Source of the DNA: Candidatus Latescibacterota bacterium
GTDB lineage: Bacteria; Latescibacterota; UBA2968; UBA8231
Direction of reading: 5' to 3'
NCBI GenBank assembly: GCA_965204725.1
Contig: OZ242005.1
Coordinates: forward strand, 4,704,001 to 4,768,000
Length of the DNA stretch: 64,000 nucleotides
Under the pieces are notes generated by a model. The model saw nothing but the letters and a program-made list of their open reading frames with translations. It had not been told where the DNA came from and did no database searches. Each line of letters starts with the position of its first letter. Within the stretch, counting starts at the first letter, position 1. Made by a program: the position numbers and the translations under genes. Positions 21,392 through 31,596 of the stretch are shown one piece after another.

Positions 21392-22368
21392 TGCCCGAAC
21401 TCACGTACGTGGAAGCGGCGCGCCAAGCCCTAGCCGAAGAGATGGCGCGCGACGAGACCATTTTCGTCGTCGGCGAGGGCATTGGTCCGCGCGGCGGCAA
21501 CTTCAACACCACCACCGGCCTCTTCGACCAGTACGGCCCGGAGCGCTTGCGCGACACCCCGATATGCGAGCGCGGCTTCGTCGGCTTGTGCGCTGGCGCG
21601 GCCATGACCGGGACGCGGCCCGTGGTGGATTTCATGTTCTTGGACTTCATTCTCGATGCGTTCGGCGAATTGGTCAACCAAATCGCCAAGATGCAGTACA
21701 TGAGCAGCGGCCGGCTGAAAATGCCCATCGTCCTGCGCGGCTGCATTGGCGTCGGCGGCGCGGCCGCCACTCATCATTCGGGCAATTACTATCCGATCTT
21801 TACGCATCTGCCCGGCTTCAAGGTCGCGGTGCCGTCCAATCCGTACGACGCTAAGGGCCTGCTCAAGACAGCCCTGCGCGGCGACGACCCAGTGCTCTTC
21901 CTCGAACACAAGTCCTTACTCAACACCCGCGGCGAGGTTCCAGCCGAGGAGTACTGCATCCCCTTTGGCCAAGCGGCCGTGCGCCGCCGCGGCGAGCACC
22001 TGACCGTTGCGGCTCTGACGACCATGGTCGCCGAGGCCCTCCAAGTCGCCGAGGCCCTCTCCGGCGAGGGCCTCTCGGTCGAAGTCATCGACCTCCGCAC
22101 TACGTCCCCCCTCGACGTGGACGCCGTGCTCAAATCCGTTCACCGGACGGGCCGCCTGCTGATCGCCGATGAGACCTTTGCCCCCTGCGGCATAGGCGCG
22201 GAAATCGCCGCCGAAGTGATCGACCGGGCCTTCGACGACCTCGACGCGCCCGTGCGCCGGCTCAACGGCGCGCACGTGCCCACCCCGTACAGCGCACCCT
22301 TAGAGGCCGCAGTCGCGCCCAACAGGAAGGACCTAGAACGGGCCATCCGCGATCTGATGGCTGAGTAG
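21391..22368 (+). CDS. 2-oxoacid/acetoin dehydrogenase E1 beta subunit
   Basis: DTPICE, NQIAK, HHS, DPVLFLEHK and EVIDLRT. Confidence 0.92.
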   Translation: MPELTYVEAARQALAEEMARDETIFVVGEGIGPRGGNFNTTTGLFDQYGPERLRDTPICERGFVGLCAGAAMTGTRPVVDFMFLDFILDAFGELVNQIAKMQYMSSGRLKMPIVLRGCIGVGGAAATHHSGNYYPIFTHLPGFKVAVPSNPYDAKGLLKTALRGDDPVLFLEHKSLLNTRGEVPAEEYCIPFGQAAVRRRGEHLTVAALTTMVAEALQVAEALSGEGLSVEVIDLRTTSPLDVDAVLKSVHRTGRLLIADETFAPCGIGAEIAAEVIDRAFDDLDAPVRRLNGAHVPTPYSAPLEAAVAPNRKDLERAIRDLMAE

Positions 22369-22378
22369 GAGCGAGCGC

Positions 22379-23467
22379 ATGGCCGAGGCAATCGCGATGC
22401 CCCGCTTGGGGTGGACCATGAAGGAGGGGACCCTCGTCGAGTGGCTCAAAGCCGATGGCGACGCGGTCGAGGCGGGCGAAATCCTCTTTACGGTGGAAAG
22501 CGACAAGGCCCTCAACGAAATCGAGACCTTCTCCAGCGGCATCCTGCGCATCCCCCCAGACGCACCCCCACCCGGTGCTATCGTGCCGGTGGGGACCCTG
22601 TTGGGCTACCTGTTGCAGCCCGGCGAGGCCATGCCGACCGCTCCGGTCTCGACTCCCGCAGCAGAACCCGATCCAACGCCGGCGGAACCCGCGCCCGCAC
22701 CAAAGCCGAAACCGACCCCAACCCGCTCCGCAGGGCCGACGATCAGCCCCCGCGCCCGGCGCGTGGCCTCGGCACTCGGGGTGGAATGGCGCGCACTCAC
22801 CGGCAGCGGGCGCACGGGCCGGATCGTCGAGCGCGATGTTCGCGCGGCGGCCGCACGGCCCCAGCCCCTAGCCCATGCGGTCCTTACTACCCAAGCAGAC
22901 GCCACCGATCTAGTCGCTCTACGCGCTCGGTTCAAGGCCGCCCAGGGCCTAGCCGCGCCTACGTACCATCACCTGCTCGCCAAAATGACGGCCGTCGCTC
23001 TGGGCCGCTATCCCCTCGGGCCAAGCCGGGCCGTGCATCTCGGCCTAGTCGTGGATACCGCCGATGGCTTGGTCGTGCCGGTCCTCCGCGACGCGGATTC
23101 CAAGAGCTTGGCGCAGCTCGCAGCCGAAGCCCGCGACCTAACCCTCCAAGCTCGCCGCCGCACCTTGCCGCCGACCGCGACCCAAGGAGCGACCTTTGTT
23201 ATCGCCAACTTGGGGTTGTATGGAATCGACGACTTTGTGCCGACGACCTATCAGACGCAAGCGTTTTTGGGCGTGGGTCGAATTGCGGCCAAGCCGGCCG
23301 TCTATCAAGGGCAGGTCGTGCCGCGAGCACTTGTAGCCTTGAGCCTGACTTTCGACGATCAAGCGATAGACAGCGGTCTAGCGGCCCGCTTTTTTGGGCA
23401 GGTGCGGGCCTTTGTCGAGCAGCCGGAGCTGTGGTTGGGACCCCTTTGGAGCAACAATGTTAGATAA
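22379..23467 (+). CDS. E2-like protein (lipoyl domain, E3-binding domain, degenerate acyltransferase domain)
   Basis: Lipoyl ESDKA, Pro/Ala linker and ISPRARR..GSGRTGRI. The catalytic DHRxxDG motif reads DDQAIDS. Confidence 0.85.
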   Translation: MAEAIAMPRLGWTMKEGTLVEWLKADGDAVEAGEILFTVESDKALNEIETFSSGILRIPPDAPPPGAIVPVGTLLGYLLQPGEAMPTAPVSTPAAEPDPTPAEPAPAPKPKPTPTRSAGPTISPRARRVASALGVEWRALTGSGRTGRIVERDVRAAAARPQPLAHAVLTTQADATDLVALRARFKAAQGLAAPTYHHLLAKMTAVALGRYPLGPSRAVHLGLVVDTADGLVVPVLRDADSKSLAQLAAEARDLTLQARRRTLPPTATQGATFVIANLGLYGIDDFVPTTYQTQAFLGVGRIAAKPAVYQGQVVPRALVALSLTFDDQAIDSGLAARFFGQVRAFVEQPELWLGPLWSNNVR

Positions 23468-23490
23468 TTTACGTAACTCGTTGAAAAAAA

Positions 23491-24952
23491 ATGATTTACC
23501 CCCCACCCCGAAAATTCGGTCCTGAGTTTCGGCATCGCCTGCCCCAACTTCTGTTTGTGTCGGCCCTTATGCTGGCGGCCTTCGCCTACGGCGGCCTCGG
23601 CGTCCACTACCAGCTATTCCCCTTCCCGTTTATCGCCGACGGCATAAAGACCTTGCGGACTCTGCACGAGCTACATACCAGAAAGGACGATGATGGCCAA
23701 TTCCTGCGCTTCGCCGATGTGCCGCCGGAACGCGTGGCCTCCAACCGCTTCGAGTTCGTGGCCGGCGATGCCCTCAGCGGTCCGGTGCTGTGGCAAGGCG
23801 GACGCTACCAGTTTCTCGAGTATTGCCCCGGGGGGATGCCTTGCAGTAGAGTTCACCACCACCGGCCAAGTCGCCCATGCCTACCCGTTCCGCAACGATG
23901 AACTCGAACAAGCGGCAGCCGATGCCCAATCCGACGAATTCCCCTACGAGCTATCCCCTGCCGCCTCTTTTAGGGATGTTGATGTGATAGGCATATCGCG
24001 CTACGCGAATGGCGACCTGCTGGTGGTTTTTCACCAAAACTCTGCTTTCCCGTTTGGTGCGGGCGTTGCGCGGATAGACCGCGATGGGCATCCGGTGTGG
24101 TTCCGGCGCGACTACAGCCACCACTGGCCACATCTCGAAGAAGACGGCGTCGCGCTGGTGCCCGGCCTGTTGGTTGGCAGCGGGTTCATATCCTTAAAAT
24201 TACTAAGTCCCCTCAGGCTCAAGTGCCGCACGGGTCGACCGTATCTCGACGCGATCGGCATTATCGACGGAAATGGACAGCTCCTAAAGCGCATCAATCT
24301 GCTCAATGCCTTGCGCGATTCTCCATTCGAGCACATCATGCAATCCACCTCGAAACCCAGACACCGTCCTTCCGCTCTGTGTGACCCCCTTCACCTCAAC
24401 TTCGTCCACCGGCTTCGCGACGACGCCGGCGGGACATGGGGCCTCGCGCCGGGCGACCTCGTCGCGTCCCTACGCAACCTAAGCGCATTCGCCATTGTCG
24501 ATGGCGAATCCGGCCGCGTCAAGCGGCTGGTCCGCGGGAGCTTCTTCTATCAACACAGTGTCCAGCACCTGACGGGATCGACCTTCCTGATGTTCGACAA
24601 TTACGGCAACGATGGGGTTTACGGCCCCTCGCGGCTGCTCAAGATCGACCTCGCCGATGGCCGGGAGACGACCCTCTTTCCCAACGACCAGACGCCCGAA
24701 CCCCTGCGAAACCTGTTCTCCGCCTACCAAGGTGCAATCGACATCTCGCCCGACCGCCAACGGGCGATGATCTCATTCACCCTGGAGGGCATAGCCATCG
24801 AGGTGCGCCTCGCCGATGGCGCGGTGCTGAATGTCTTCCATTCCCTGCACGATGTGTCGAACTTGGAGCAGTTCCCCGAAGAGTACCCCGAAGAACGGCA
24901 GCAAAGAGCCGCCGTATTCGAGATAAATGGACTTTACTACATCCGTAATTGA
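23491..24952 (+). pseudogene. Arylsulfotransferase-like (ASST) beta-propeller protein, split by a 1-nt frameshift in the G6 run at 23830-23835 (or a sequencing error)
   Basis: N-terminal TM in ORF 23491; SHH, DPLHLN, SLRNLS, QH and FDNYG in the second frame. Removing one G joins the frames as YCPGGCLAVEF. Confidence 0.7.
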
Positions 24953-24957
24953 GGAGA

Positions 24958-25329
24958 TTACGGATCGTTTTTGATTCGTTCGACTATATCCGCGACGGAT
25001 ATCGGATTCCTCCATGCCCGCCAAGCCTTATGGCCTGAAGCGAGGAACCAGATGAATGCCGCTACTGCTGCTCCTCCATAGACTTGATGCCAAAACTCCT
25101 TCGGCAGCAGAAAATCATTCGGGGTGCTCGTGGTGAGAGTACTTACAAGCGTAAGAAAAATGCCCAAAGGAGCTATCCAAGATTTACTGTCATGCTGAGT
25201 GTAGTTGTATTCGTTGAGAATGTTTTTCAGCTTGTCTTCTGTGGTATGAATCACTACTTGAGCGACATTACTGTGAATGCTCTTAATTGGCACACTATGT
25301 GTTTCAATGTCCCCATCTCTTTCCGACAT
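24958..25329 (-). CDS. Hypothetical two-TM membrane protein (low GC)
   Basis: ORF with two hydrophobic segments; visibly AT-richer than the flanks. Confidence 0.6.
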   Translation of the reverse strand: MSERDGDIETHSVPIKSIHSNVAQVVIHTTEDKLKNILNEYNYTQHDSKSWIAPLGIFLTLVSTLTTSTPNDFLLPKEFWHQVYGGAAVAAFIWFLASGHKAWRAWRNPISVADIVERIKNDP

Positions 25330-25333
25330 TCCA

Positions 25334-25672
25334 TCACACCCCTTGCAAGAGAAGTTGCAGATCGAGTTTGTTGGTGCCTCCAATCGCATAATTACTGGCC
25401 ATGAAGGCGAGTTTTTGCCCGTCGTGCAGAGTTGCCAATAGTGCTGGTTCGATCAAAGCCGTACCCAGCGAATTATCCCACTTGCGGAATACAATCGTCG
25501 CCCCGTCGTTAGTCGGAGTAATATCCACACCTCGCTCTGCCGATGTATTATCGAACTTGATGTTTAAATCGAACTTCCATCCCTTGACATTCACTGGGAT
25601 ACGAGCAGTTGAATGCTCTGGAATGAGAAGCGCGTAGTGCCCTAACAGATCTCCATCGCCAATTTTTACCAT
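25334..25672 (-). CDS. Hypothetical beta-rich protein (DUF6864-like, low GC)
   Basis: AGGAG RBS before MVKIGD; FRKWDNSLGT segment. The family call is tentative. Confidence 0.55.
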   Translation of the reverse strand: MVKIGDGDLLGHYALLIPEHSTARIPVNVKGWKFDLNIKFDNTSAERGVDITPTNDGATIVFRKWDNSLGTALIEPALLATLHDGQKLAFMASNYAIGGTNKLDLQLLLQGV

Positions 25673-25826
25673 TGGTCTTCTCCTTTGTTGCGTACCCACG
25701 AAAGCACCTTCTACCAAAATTACCAACTTTGTGCGTCCTAAGCGCATCCTATCGGTCCGAGAAGTAACAGAAAGCAGCACATTATATCCAATTTATCAAC
25801 TCGGTTAAAAGCCCACCCAATACCCC

Positions 25827-28223
25827 TCACTCCAACATCGTCTGCACGACCATGCGCGTGCCATCAATCCGCACTCGTATCGCGCCGGTGTGGTCGGTGC
25901 GCAAAACCTGCGCCCCGTGCGCTGCGTAGCGTGCGACGACCTCGGGGGCCGGGTGTTTGAACTTGTTGCCCTCCCCCAGCGACATCACCGCCACGGCGGG
26001 CGCGACCGCCTCGACAAAAAGCGGCTGCGACGAAGTGCGCGAGCCGTGGTGAGCCACCTTGAGCAAGCGCGCCGGCAGCCGCGTTCCCCACGCGAGGATC
26101 GCCGGATCGGTCTCCTGCTCTACGTCGCCGGTAAAGAGGACCCGCACGGCTCCGTGCTGCAAGCTAAAGACCACCGAGCCGTTGTTGGGGCCAAAAGGGG
26201 CGTTGCCATCTGCATCGACAAAGTCCGCGGTCGGATGCAGGACCAGCCCGGCGACCCCGTCCAAGCCGGCCAAGCTGTCGCCGGCCGCGACCCGGTGGTA
26301 GCGTACGCCCCGCTCGGCGATGAGTTCCTGCAAACGCCGCGCTGTCCACGAGTCATAGACTTGTCCGCTGTCGAGAAAGTGATCGACCTCTATATGCTCC
26401 AACAGGGCTACTAGCCCGCCGATGTGGTCGTTGTGCGGATGCGAGGCCACGACGACATTGACTCGCCGGACGCCCATAGAGCGCAAGAAAGGCACCAGCA
26501 CCTGTTCTCCGTGGTCGAAGTATTCGCTGCGCTCGCCGCCATCGACGACCATGGTTTTGCCGCCGGGAAAGCGCACAAACGCCGCGTCGCCTTGGCCCAC
26601 GTCCAAAAAGACGATCTCCAAGTCGCGGGCGCGAAGCGCGTACGTCCACACTGCGACATTGAGCCAGACCAGCGCGGTGAAAATGGCCGCCTTGCACGCC
26701 CACGCCTTGTGGGGCAGGAGGGGGCCGAGTAGGCAGAGCGCGGCGGCCACAGAGACAAAAAGCACCCCCGGGCGCGGCACGGCCACCGACGCAAAGGGCA
26801 GCGTGGCCCACCACGAGACCAGCTCTAGCAGCCCCACGAGGACTAGGTAATTGGCGGCGTTGAACGCGGTGGCGACCCAAGGCAAAATCCAACCCGTCAA
26901 CGCGGCCAGCAACCCCAAGCCCACAGCGAGTGCTAGGAGCGGCACTACCACTATATTGGCTACCACGCCCGTCAGCGCGAGTTGTTGAAAGGAATAGGCG
27001 ATCAAAGGGCCGGTGCCGAGCTGGGCCGCCAGCGAGGCGCACAGTGGGCTGACGATCCAGCGACCAACTCGGCTATCGGCTCGTTGAAAGGCGGCGGGAA
27101 AAAGCGAGGCGATCGGGCCGTGCAAGGCGACTATGGCCCACGTCGCGCCGAAGGAGAGCTGGAAGCTCAGGCTCCACGGACTGTCCGGCCATAAGACCAA
27201 GATCGCTAGTGCCGCGAGTCCAAGGGTGTTGTAGATGTCGCCCGGCCGCCGCAGCACCCGCCCCAACAGCACCACCGACCCCATCAGAACCGCCCGCACC
27301 ACGGGCACCTGCGCCCCGGTTGCGAGGGCATAGAGCACGAGCGCGGCGATGGTAGCCGCCGAACTCGGCCGGTCGGCGAGCCGCAGGAGCCGAAACCCAA
27401 AAAAGAAGAACCCGCCCACCAGCCCGACGTGGAGTCCGCTGACCACCAGCGCGTGCGCCAGCCCGACGCGGCGAAACGCAACGCGCACTTCCTCGGAAAT
27501 TCGTCGTTTCTCTCCCAAGAGTACGCCCAACAGCAGGCCGGCTGGTGCTCCGGTGAGGTTGCGCTCAATGCTCTGGCGCACGGCGCGTCTGAGGGGCAGC
27601 ACCACGCCCTCGTACAGCCAGTGCCCGGGCAAGCGCTCCACGGCAACGACCTGCTCGGATTTGCCGATGAAGAGCGTGCCATAGACATCCTGCTGGGCCA
27701 AAAAGGTTTGGTAGTCGAAGCCGCTTGGATTGCGGGCGGCTCGGGGCCTTTGCAACTTCCCGCGCAGGGACACGCGGTCGCCGTAATCGGCCGGCAAATA
27801 CATGTCTTTTACCGTAACGAACACCTGCCCTGCCAAGTGGTAGATGGTGCTGTCGGTGACCACGTGTTCCAACTCGATGGCAAAGTGCATTCGCTCGTCG
27901 CTGCGTTCAGGTTCTTGGATGATGCGCCCGGTGACCACGCCGCGCTTGCCAAAAACTTCGAGCGCGACCAAGTGCGGCAAAGGGGACAGGGCTGTGTCGA
28001 TATGGTAACGCAGCGCACCCAACAGGATGACCACCACCCACAGCATCCAACCGGCCCAACGCGCCTTGCGGTAGAACCCGGCGACCGCGCAGAGAAAGGC
28101 CAACCCGCTTAGGGAGGCCGTTGCGACCCAGCCCATTTCCACAGCCCGCCCGAGGAAAATACCGATTCCGAATCCGACGGCCGTCCACAGCGCGGGCCGC
28201 CGCATCTTTTTGCTCGTGGACAT
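25827..28223 (-). CDS. comEC: DNA internalization competence protein ComEC/Rec2
   Basis: OB domain, HALVVSGLHV, SFQLSF, and an MBL domain (DVGQGDA, SHPHNDH, HHGSRTSS). Confidence 0.95.
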   Translation of the reverse strand: MSTSKKMRRPALWTAVGFGIGIFLGRAVEMGWVATASLSGLAFLCAVAGFYRKARWAGWMLWVVVILLGALRYHIDTALSPLPHLVALEVFGKRGVVTGRIIQEPERSDERMHFAIELEHVVTDSTIYHLAGQVFVTVKDMYLPADYGDRVSLRGKLQRPRAARNPSGFDYQTFLAQQDVYGTLFIGKSEQVVAVERLPGHWLYEGVVLPLRRAVRQSIERNLTGAPAGLLLGVLLGEKRRISEEVRVAFRRVGLAHALVVSGLHVGLVGGFFFFGFRLLRLADRPSSAATIAALVLYALATGAQVPVVRAVLMGSVVLLGRVLRRPGDIYNTLGLAALAILVLWPDSPWSLSFQLSFGATWAIVALHGPIASLFPAAFQRADSRVGRWIVSPLCASLAAQLGTGPLIAYSFQQLALTGVVANIVVVPLLALAVGLGLLAALTGWILPWVATAFNAANYLVLVGLLELVSWWATLPFASVAVPRPGVLFVSVAAALCLLGPLLPHKAWACKAAIFTALVWLNVAVWTYALRARDLEIVFLDVGQGDAAFVRFPGGKTMVVDGGERSEYFDHGEQVLVPFLRSMGVRRVNVVVASHPHNDHIGGLVALLEHIEVDHFLDSGQVYDSWTARRLQELIAERGVRYHRVAAGDSLAGLDGVAGLVLHPTADFVDADGNAPFGPNNGSVVFSLQHGAVRVLFTGDVEQETDPAILAWGTRLPARLLKVAHHGSRTSSQPLFVEAVAPAVAVMSLGEGNKFKHPAPEVVARYAAHGAQVLRTDHTGAIRVRIDGTRMVVQTMLE

Positions 28224-28330
28224 GACCCATATCCAACGGCAAAAATCGTTCCAACTCGACAGGCGTTGGCGAGTCTATATACTAATGTGAGGACAAGAGG
28301 AAGTTTTGATTTTTAATGAAGGAAGGTTCG

Positions 28331-28642
28331 ATGACTGCTCCCACACCTATACTTCGCGGCAAGGACCGCCGCTACTTACGCGGCTTAGGCAACGCGCTGC
28401 GCCCGACCGTGTATTTGGGCAAAGAGGGCCTTTCCGCGGCCGTCACTCGCTCGCTTGAGCAAGCCTACGCCAACAGCGAGTTGGTCAAGGTGCGCTGCGA
28501 GCGCAACATCCCTCTCGACCGCCGCCAAGCCGGCGCGCAGCTTGCCGCTGCGACCCAGTCGCACCTAGTGCAGGTCTTGGGCAACACCCTGCTCCTCTAC
28601 CGCCCCGACCCCGACGACCCCCAAATAGTACTGCCCGAATAG
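28331..28642 (+). CDS. yhbY: YhbY/CRM RNA-binding protein
   Basis: RRYLRGLG..LRPTVYLGKEGL, ELVKV and QVLGNTLLLYR. Confidence 0.9.
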   Translation: MTAPTPILRGKDRRYLRGLGNALRPTVYLGKEGLSAAVTRSLEQAYANSELVKVRCERNIPLDRRQAGAQLAAATQSHLVQVLGNTLLLYRPDPDDPQIVLPE

Positions 28643-28650
28643 AGGATTTC

Positions 28651-29586
28651 TCATCGCTTCCACGCCTCGGCAAAAAGGCCGAGTGAGCCGGGCGCATACC
28701 CGGCGTAGTGGTTGTTGAAAAACACGTACACAGGCCGCTCCGGCGCGGCTTCTGCCAACTCGCGCACTTGCCGCACCCAGTGCTCGGTCTCGGCGGCGCG
28801 GTCCCAGACGAGGCGGTCCCAATGCCGCTCCTGCTCGCCGCGGCGAATCCGCTCCTCGACATAGGCATCCATCTTTTTGCGATCGCCCAAAAAGCGCACG
28901 TAGAGAAAGTGGGCCGTTTGTGGATCGATCCGCTCGACGGTGGCCGCTAAGCTCGGCATGGTGTAGTAGTTGTTCAGCACGAGGGCCACGCCGTGTTCGC
29001 GCAGTACATCCAACAATTCCGCTCGTAGCCAGCTCCCGTTGCGCACCTCCACCGCAAAGTCGAACTCGCCCGTGGGTAGCTGTGGCAAAAAGGCCGCTAG
29101 CCGCTCGGTAAACGCGCTGCCGTACTCGTTTTCGTGCGCGTCTTGGCCCCGTGCAATGTATGGAAACTGCATCAGCAGAGGCCCCAGCCGCTCGCCCAAC
29201 GGGGCCATCGCCTCGAGAAAGACTTCCATATCTCCCATGCAGTCCACGAGCATTTTCTCGTGGCTGATCACGCGGGGAATTTTGGCGGTAAAGCGAAAGT
29301 GCGGAGGCGTCCGCCGCAGCCAGCCCTCAATCGCTCTTGGCGTCGGCACTCGGTACCATGTCGAGTCGATCTCCACGCTCCTGAAGACCTTTGCATAGTG
29401 CTCGATATAATCGGCAGCGGCGCAACCCGCTGGGTAAATCAGCCCTTCCCAATCCGCATTCGACCAACTCGTCGTCCCCAAAAAAAGCTGCGCTGGCAGC
29501 CCCTCCTGCACCTGCTGCATCCGCTCGGCGTGTCGCGGCTTGGCCGGCGGCATGATTTGAGAAAAAAGATCGGGTTGCTCTCCCAT
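28651..29586 (-). CDS. DUF72 domain protein
   Basis: GTTSWS, VEIDSTWY, LLMQFP, AVEVRN, YVRFLG and FFNNHYAG. Confidence 0.92.
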   Translation of the reverse strand: MGEQPDLFSQIMPPAKPRHAERMQQVQEGLPAQLFLGTTSWSNADWEGLIYPAGCAAADYIEHYAKVFRSVEIDSTWYRVPTPRAIEGWLRRTPPHFRFTAKIPRVISHEKMLVDCMGDMEVFLEAMAPLGERLGPLLMQFPYIARGQDAHENEYGSAFTERLAAFLPQLPTGEFDFAVEVRNGSWLRAELLDVLREHGVALVLNNYYTMPSLAATVERIDPQTAHFLYVRFLGDRKKMDAYVEERIRRGEQERHWDRLVWDRAAETEHWVRQVRELAEAAPERPVYVFFNNHYAGYAPGSLGLFAEAWKR

Positions 29587-29598
29587 TGCTCACTCCAC

Positions 29599-29630
29599 AA
29601 AAAAGAGGGCACGGCTTCCACCGCCCCCCC
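29599..29630 (-). terminator. Possible intrinsic terminator after lysS
   Basis: Imperfect GC hairpin followed by a T-tract on the minus strand. Confidence 0.35.
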
Positions 29631-29658
29631 GCAATTCCGGCGAATGTCCCTGTATGCG

Positions 29659-31233
29659 CTACACTTTCTCCCGCACCATCTTCACCACCTGCTCCCGCCC
29701 CACCAGCTGCACCAGCGACCCAAATCGCGGCCCTCGCTCCTGCCCCAGCACCACCTCGTAAAACATCTGAAACAGCAACTTGGGAGGCACCCCGGCCTCG
29801 CGGGCCAAGTCGAACGGAATGGCCTGCAACTCCTCCTCGGTGGCCCCGTTGGCCGCAACCAGCCGCTCGGCCAACTGCCCCAAGAGCACCCGCTCCGCGG
29901 CCGTGGATGGACGAAAGTTCTTGTTCGGCAGCACCACATCTCGGTAGTAGTTAAGCCCCTTCGCGACCAGTGCCTGCGTCACCTGCGGATAAGCCGCCGC
30001 CTGCGCGTCGTAGCGCACCAGATAGCCGCCCAACGCCGCGACCGAATCCACGCCCAAGGCCGCGATTAGATTGTTGACCGTTGAGAAGTTGACCCGGGAC
30101 GCGTACTCGGGCACGACGGCACCGCGGTCGCCGATGTGCCACAGGGCTTGCTCGGGGCGCTCGGCCTCGGCCACGTCGGGATAGTGCCGCAGCGCGTCGA
30201 GATAGTCATCCACGCACTTGGGGACAATATCCCAGTGCAGCCGCCTCGCCCGCTTGGGATTTTGAAATAGAAAAAAAAGCAGGGATTCTATGGGCGCGTA
30301 CCGCTTCCACGCATCCACTGTCACCCCCATGCGGCCGGCACTACTCGCCAACCCGCGTCCTTCCTCGTCGAGAAAAAACTCGTAGCACAAGCCGACCGGC
30401 GGCTGCTTGCCCATCAGGCGCACGATGCGAGAGGACTGGCGCACCGAGTCAATGAGGTCTTTGCCGTACATTTCGTAATCGACCTCGTAGGCGTACCAGC
30501 GCAGGGCCCAGTCAACTTTCCAGCCCACCTTGGCGTTGCCACCGAGCACCGACTGCTCGCCGCTATAGCCACACCCGGGGTAGTGGCCAGCATTGCGATC
30601 GCAGGTGAAGCTCACAGTGCCCCGGCTGGGATGGTAGGCCGTGACCCGCGTGGCCATGATCGAGCCACAGTTGGGACAAATCGGGAAGAAGGGCGACCAG
30701 TGCGGGCGGTTTTGCTCCCGCAGGGTGGGCACGATGATCTGACGGACCTCCTCGGCTTTGTCGAGGAGCACTGAAAGCCCTTCGTCAAAGTCGCCGCGCA
30801 CGTAGGCTGCACGCGAGCTTTGGAACTCGTAGTCGAAGCCGGAGGCGTCGAAAAACTCGCACAGCTTGGCGTTCATGTGGTCGCTGAAACTCGCACAGCG
30901 ACCAAAGGGATCGGGAACGGCGTGTAGGGGTTTGCCGAGGTGGGCGGCGAGCATATCGGGCTGCGGCAAGTTGCTAGGCACCTTGCGCAGGCCATCCATG
31001 TCGTCGCTGAAGCAGAGTAAGCGGGTCTTTGCTCCGTAGAGGTATTCGTACGCGTTGCGCACCCAAGAGGTGCGGACGCCTTCTGAAAAATGCCCTAGGT
31101 GGGGGAAGCCGCTGGGGCCAAAGCCGGTCTCAAACAGCACCGGACGGTCCGCGCTCGGCTGGCGTCGCTTGGCGATTTGTGCCGCTTCTTGGAAGGGCCA
31201 AGCCCGTTGCGTACTGGTCTGGTTCCTCGCCAT
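29659..31233 (-). CDS. lysS: Class I lysine--tRNA ligase (KMSKS-equivalent motif degenerate)
   Basis: FETGFGPSGFPHLG, SDDMDGLRKVP, WKVDWALRW, YGKDL and QERGPRFG. Confidence 0.9.
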   Translation of the reverse strand: MARNQTSTQRAWPFQEAAQIAKRRQPSADRPVLFETGFGPSGFPHLGHFSEGVRTSWVRNAYEYLYGAKTRLLCFSDDMDGLRKVPSNLPQPDMLAAHLGKPLHAVPDPFGRCASFSDHMNAKLCEFFDASGFDYEFQSSRAAYVRGDFDEGLSVLLDKAEEVRQIIVPTLREQNRPHWSPFFPICPNCGSIMATRVTAYHPSRGTVSFTCDRNAGHYPGCGYSGEQSVLGGNAKVGWKVDWALRWYAYEVDYEMYGKDLIDSVRQSSRIVRLMGKQPPVGLCYEFFLDEEGRGLASSAGRMGVTVDAWKRYAPIESLLFFLFQNPKRARRLHWDIVPKCVDDYLDALRHYPDVAEAERPEQALWHIGDRGAVVPEYASRVNFSTVNNLIAALGVDSVAALGGYLVRYDAQAAAYPQVTQALVAKGLNYYRDVVLPNKNFRPSTAAERVLLGQLAERLVAANGATEEELQAIPFDLAREAGVPPKLLFQMFYEVVLGQERGPRFGSLVQLVGREQVVKMVREKV

Positions 31234-31258
31234 GCGACTGGGGTGGGTTTGCGGCGTC

Positions 31259-31477
31259 TCAGCGGTTGCGGAAAGTAATGCGTCCGCGGCTCAAATCATA
31301 GGGCGAAAGAGCCACGGTGACTTGGTCGCCGGGCAACACGCGAATGTAGTATTTGCGCATTTTGCCGGAGATGTGGGCCATAATCTCGTGACTATTTTCC
31401 ATCTCGCACTTGAAGTAGCCGTTGGGCAGAGCCTCTTTAACCACTGCTTGGACTTCGATTGCTTCTTCTTTGGCCAT
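31259..31477 (-). CDS. infA: Translation initiation factor IF-1
   Basis: [31 protein letters not shown]. Confidence 0.97.
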   Translation of the reverse strand: MAKEEAIEVQAVVKEALPNGYFKCEMENSHEIMAHISGKMRKYYIRVLPGDQVTVALSPYDLSRGRITFRNR

Positions 31478-31596
31478 TGTTCTCGCCTAAAGGAGGGATA
31501 ATGGCAGCGTTTGCACGCGCCAAAAAAAATTAGCCGCTCGCTGGAGCGACTTGCAAAAGGGATAGATTGTACGCGCTAGCCCAGCAAAAGTCAAAC

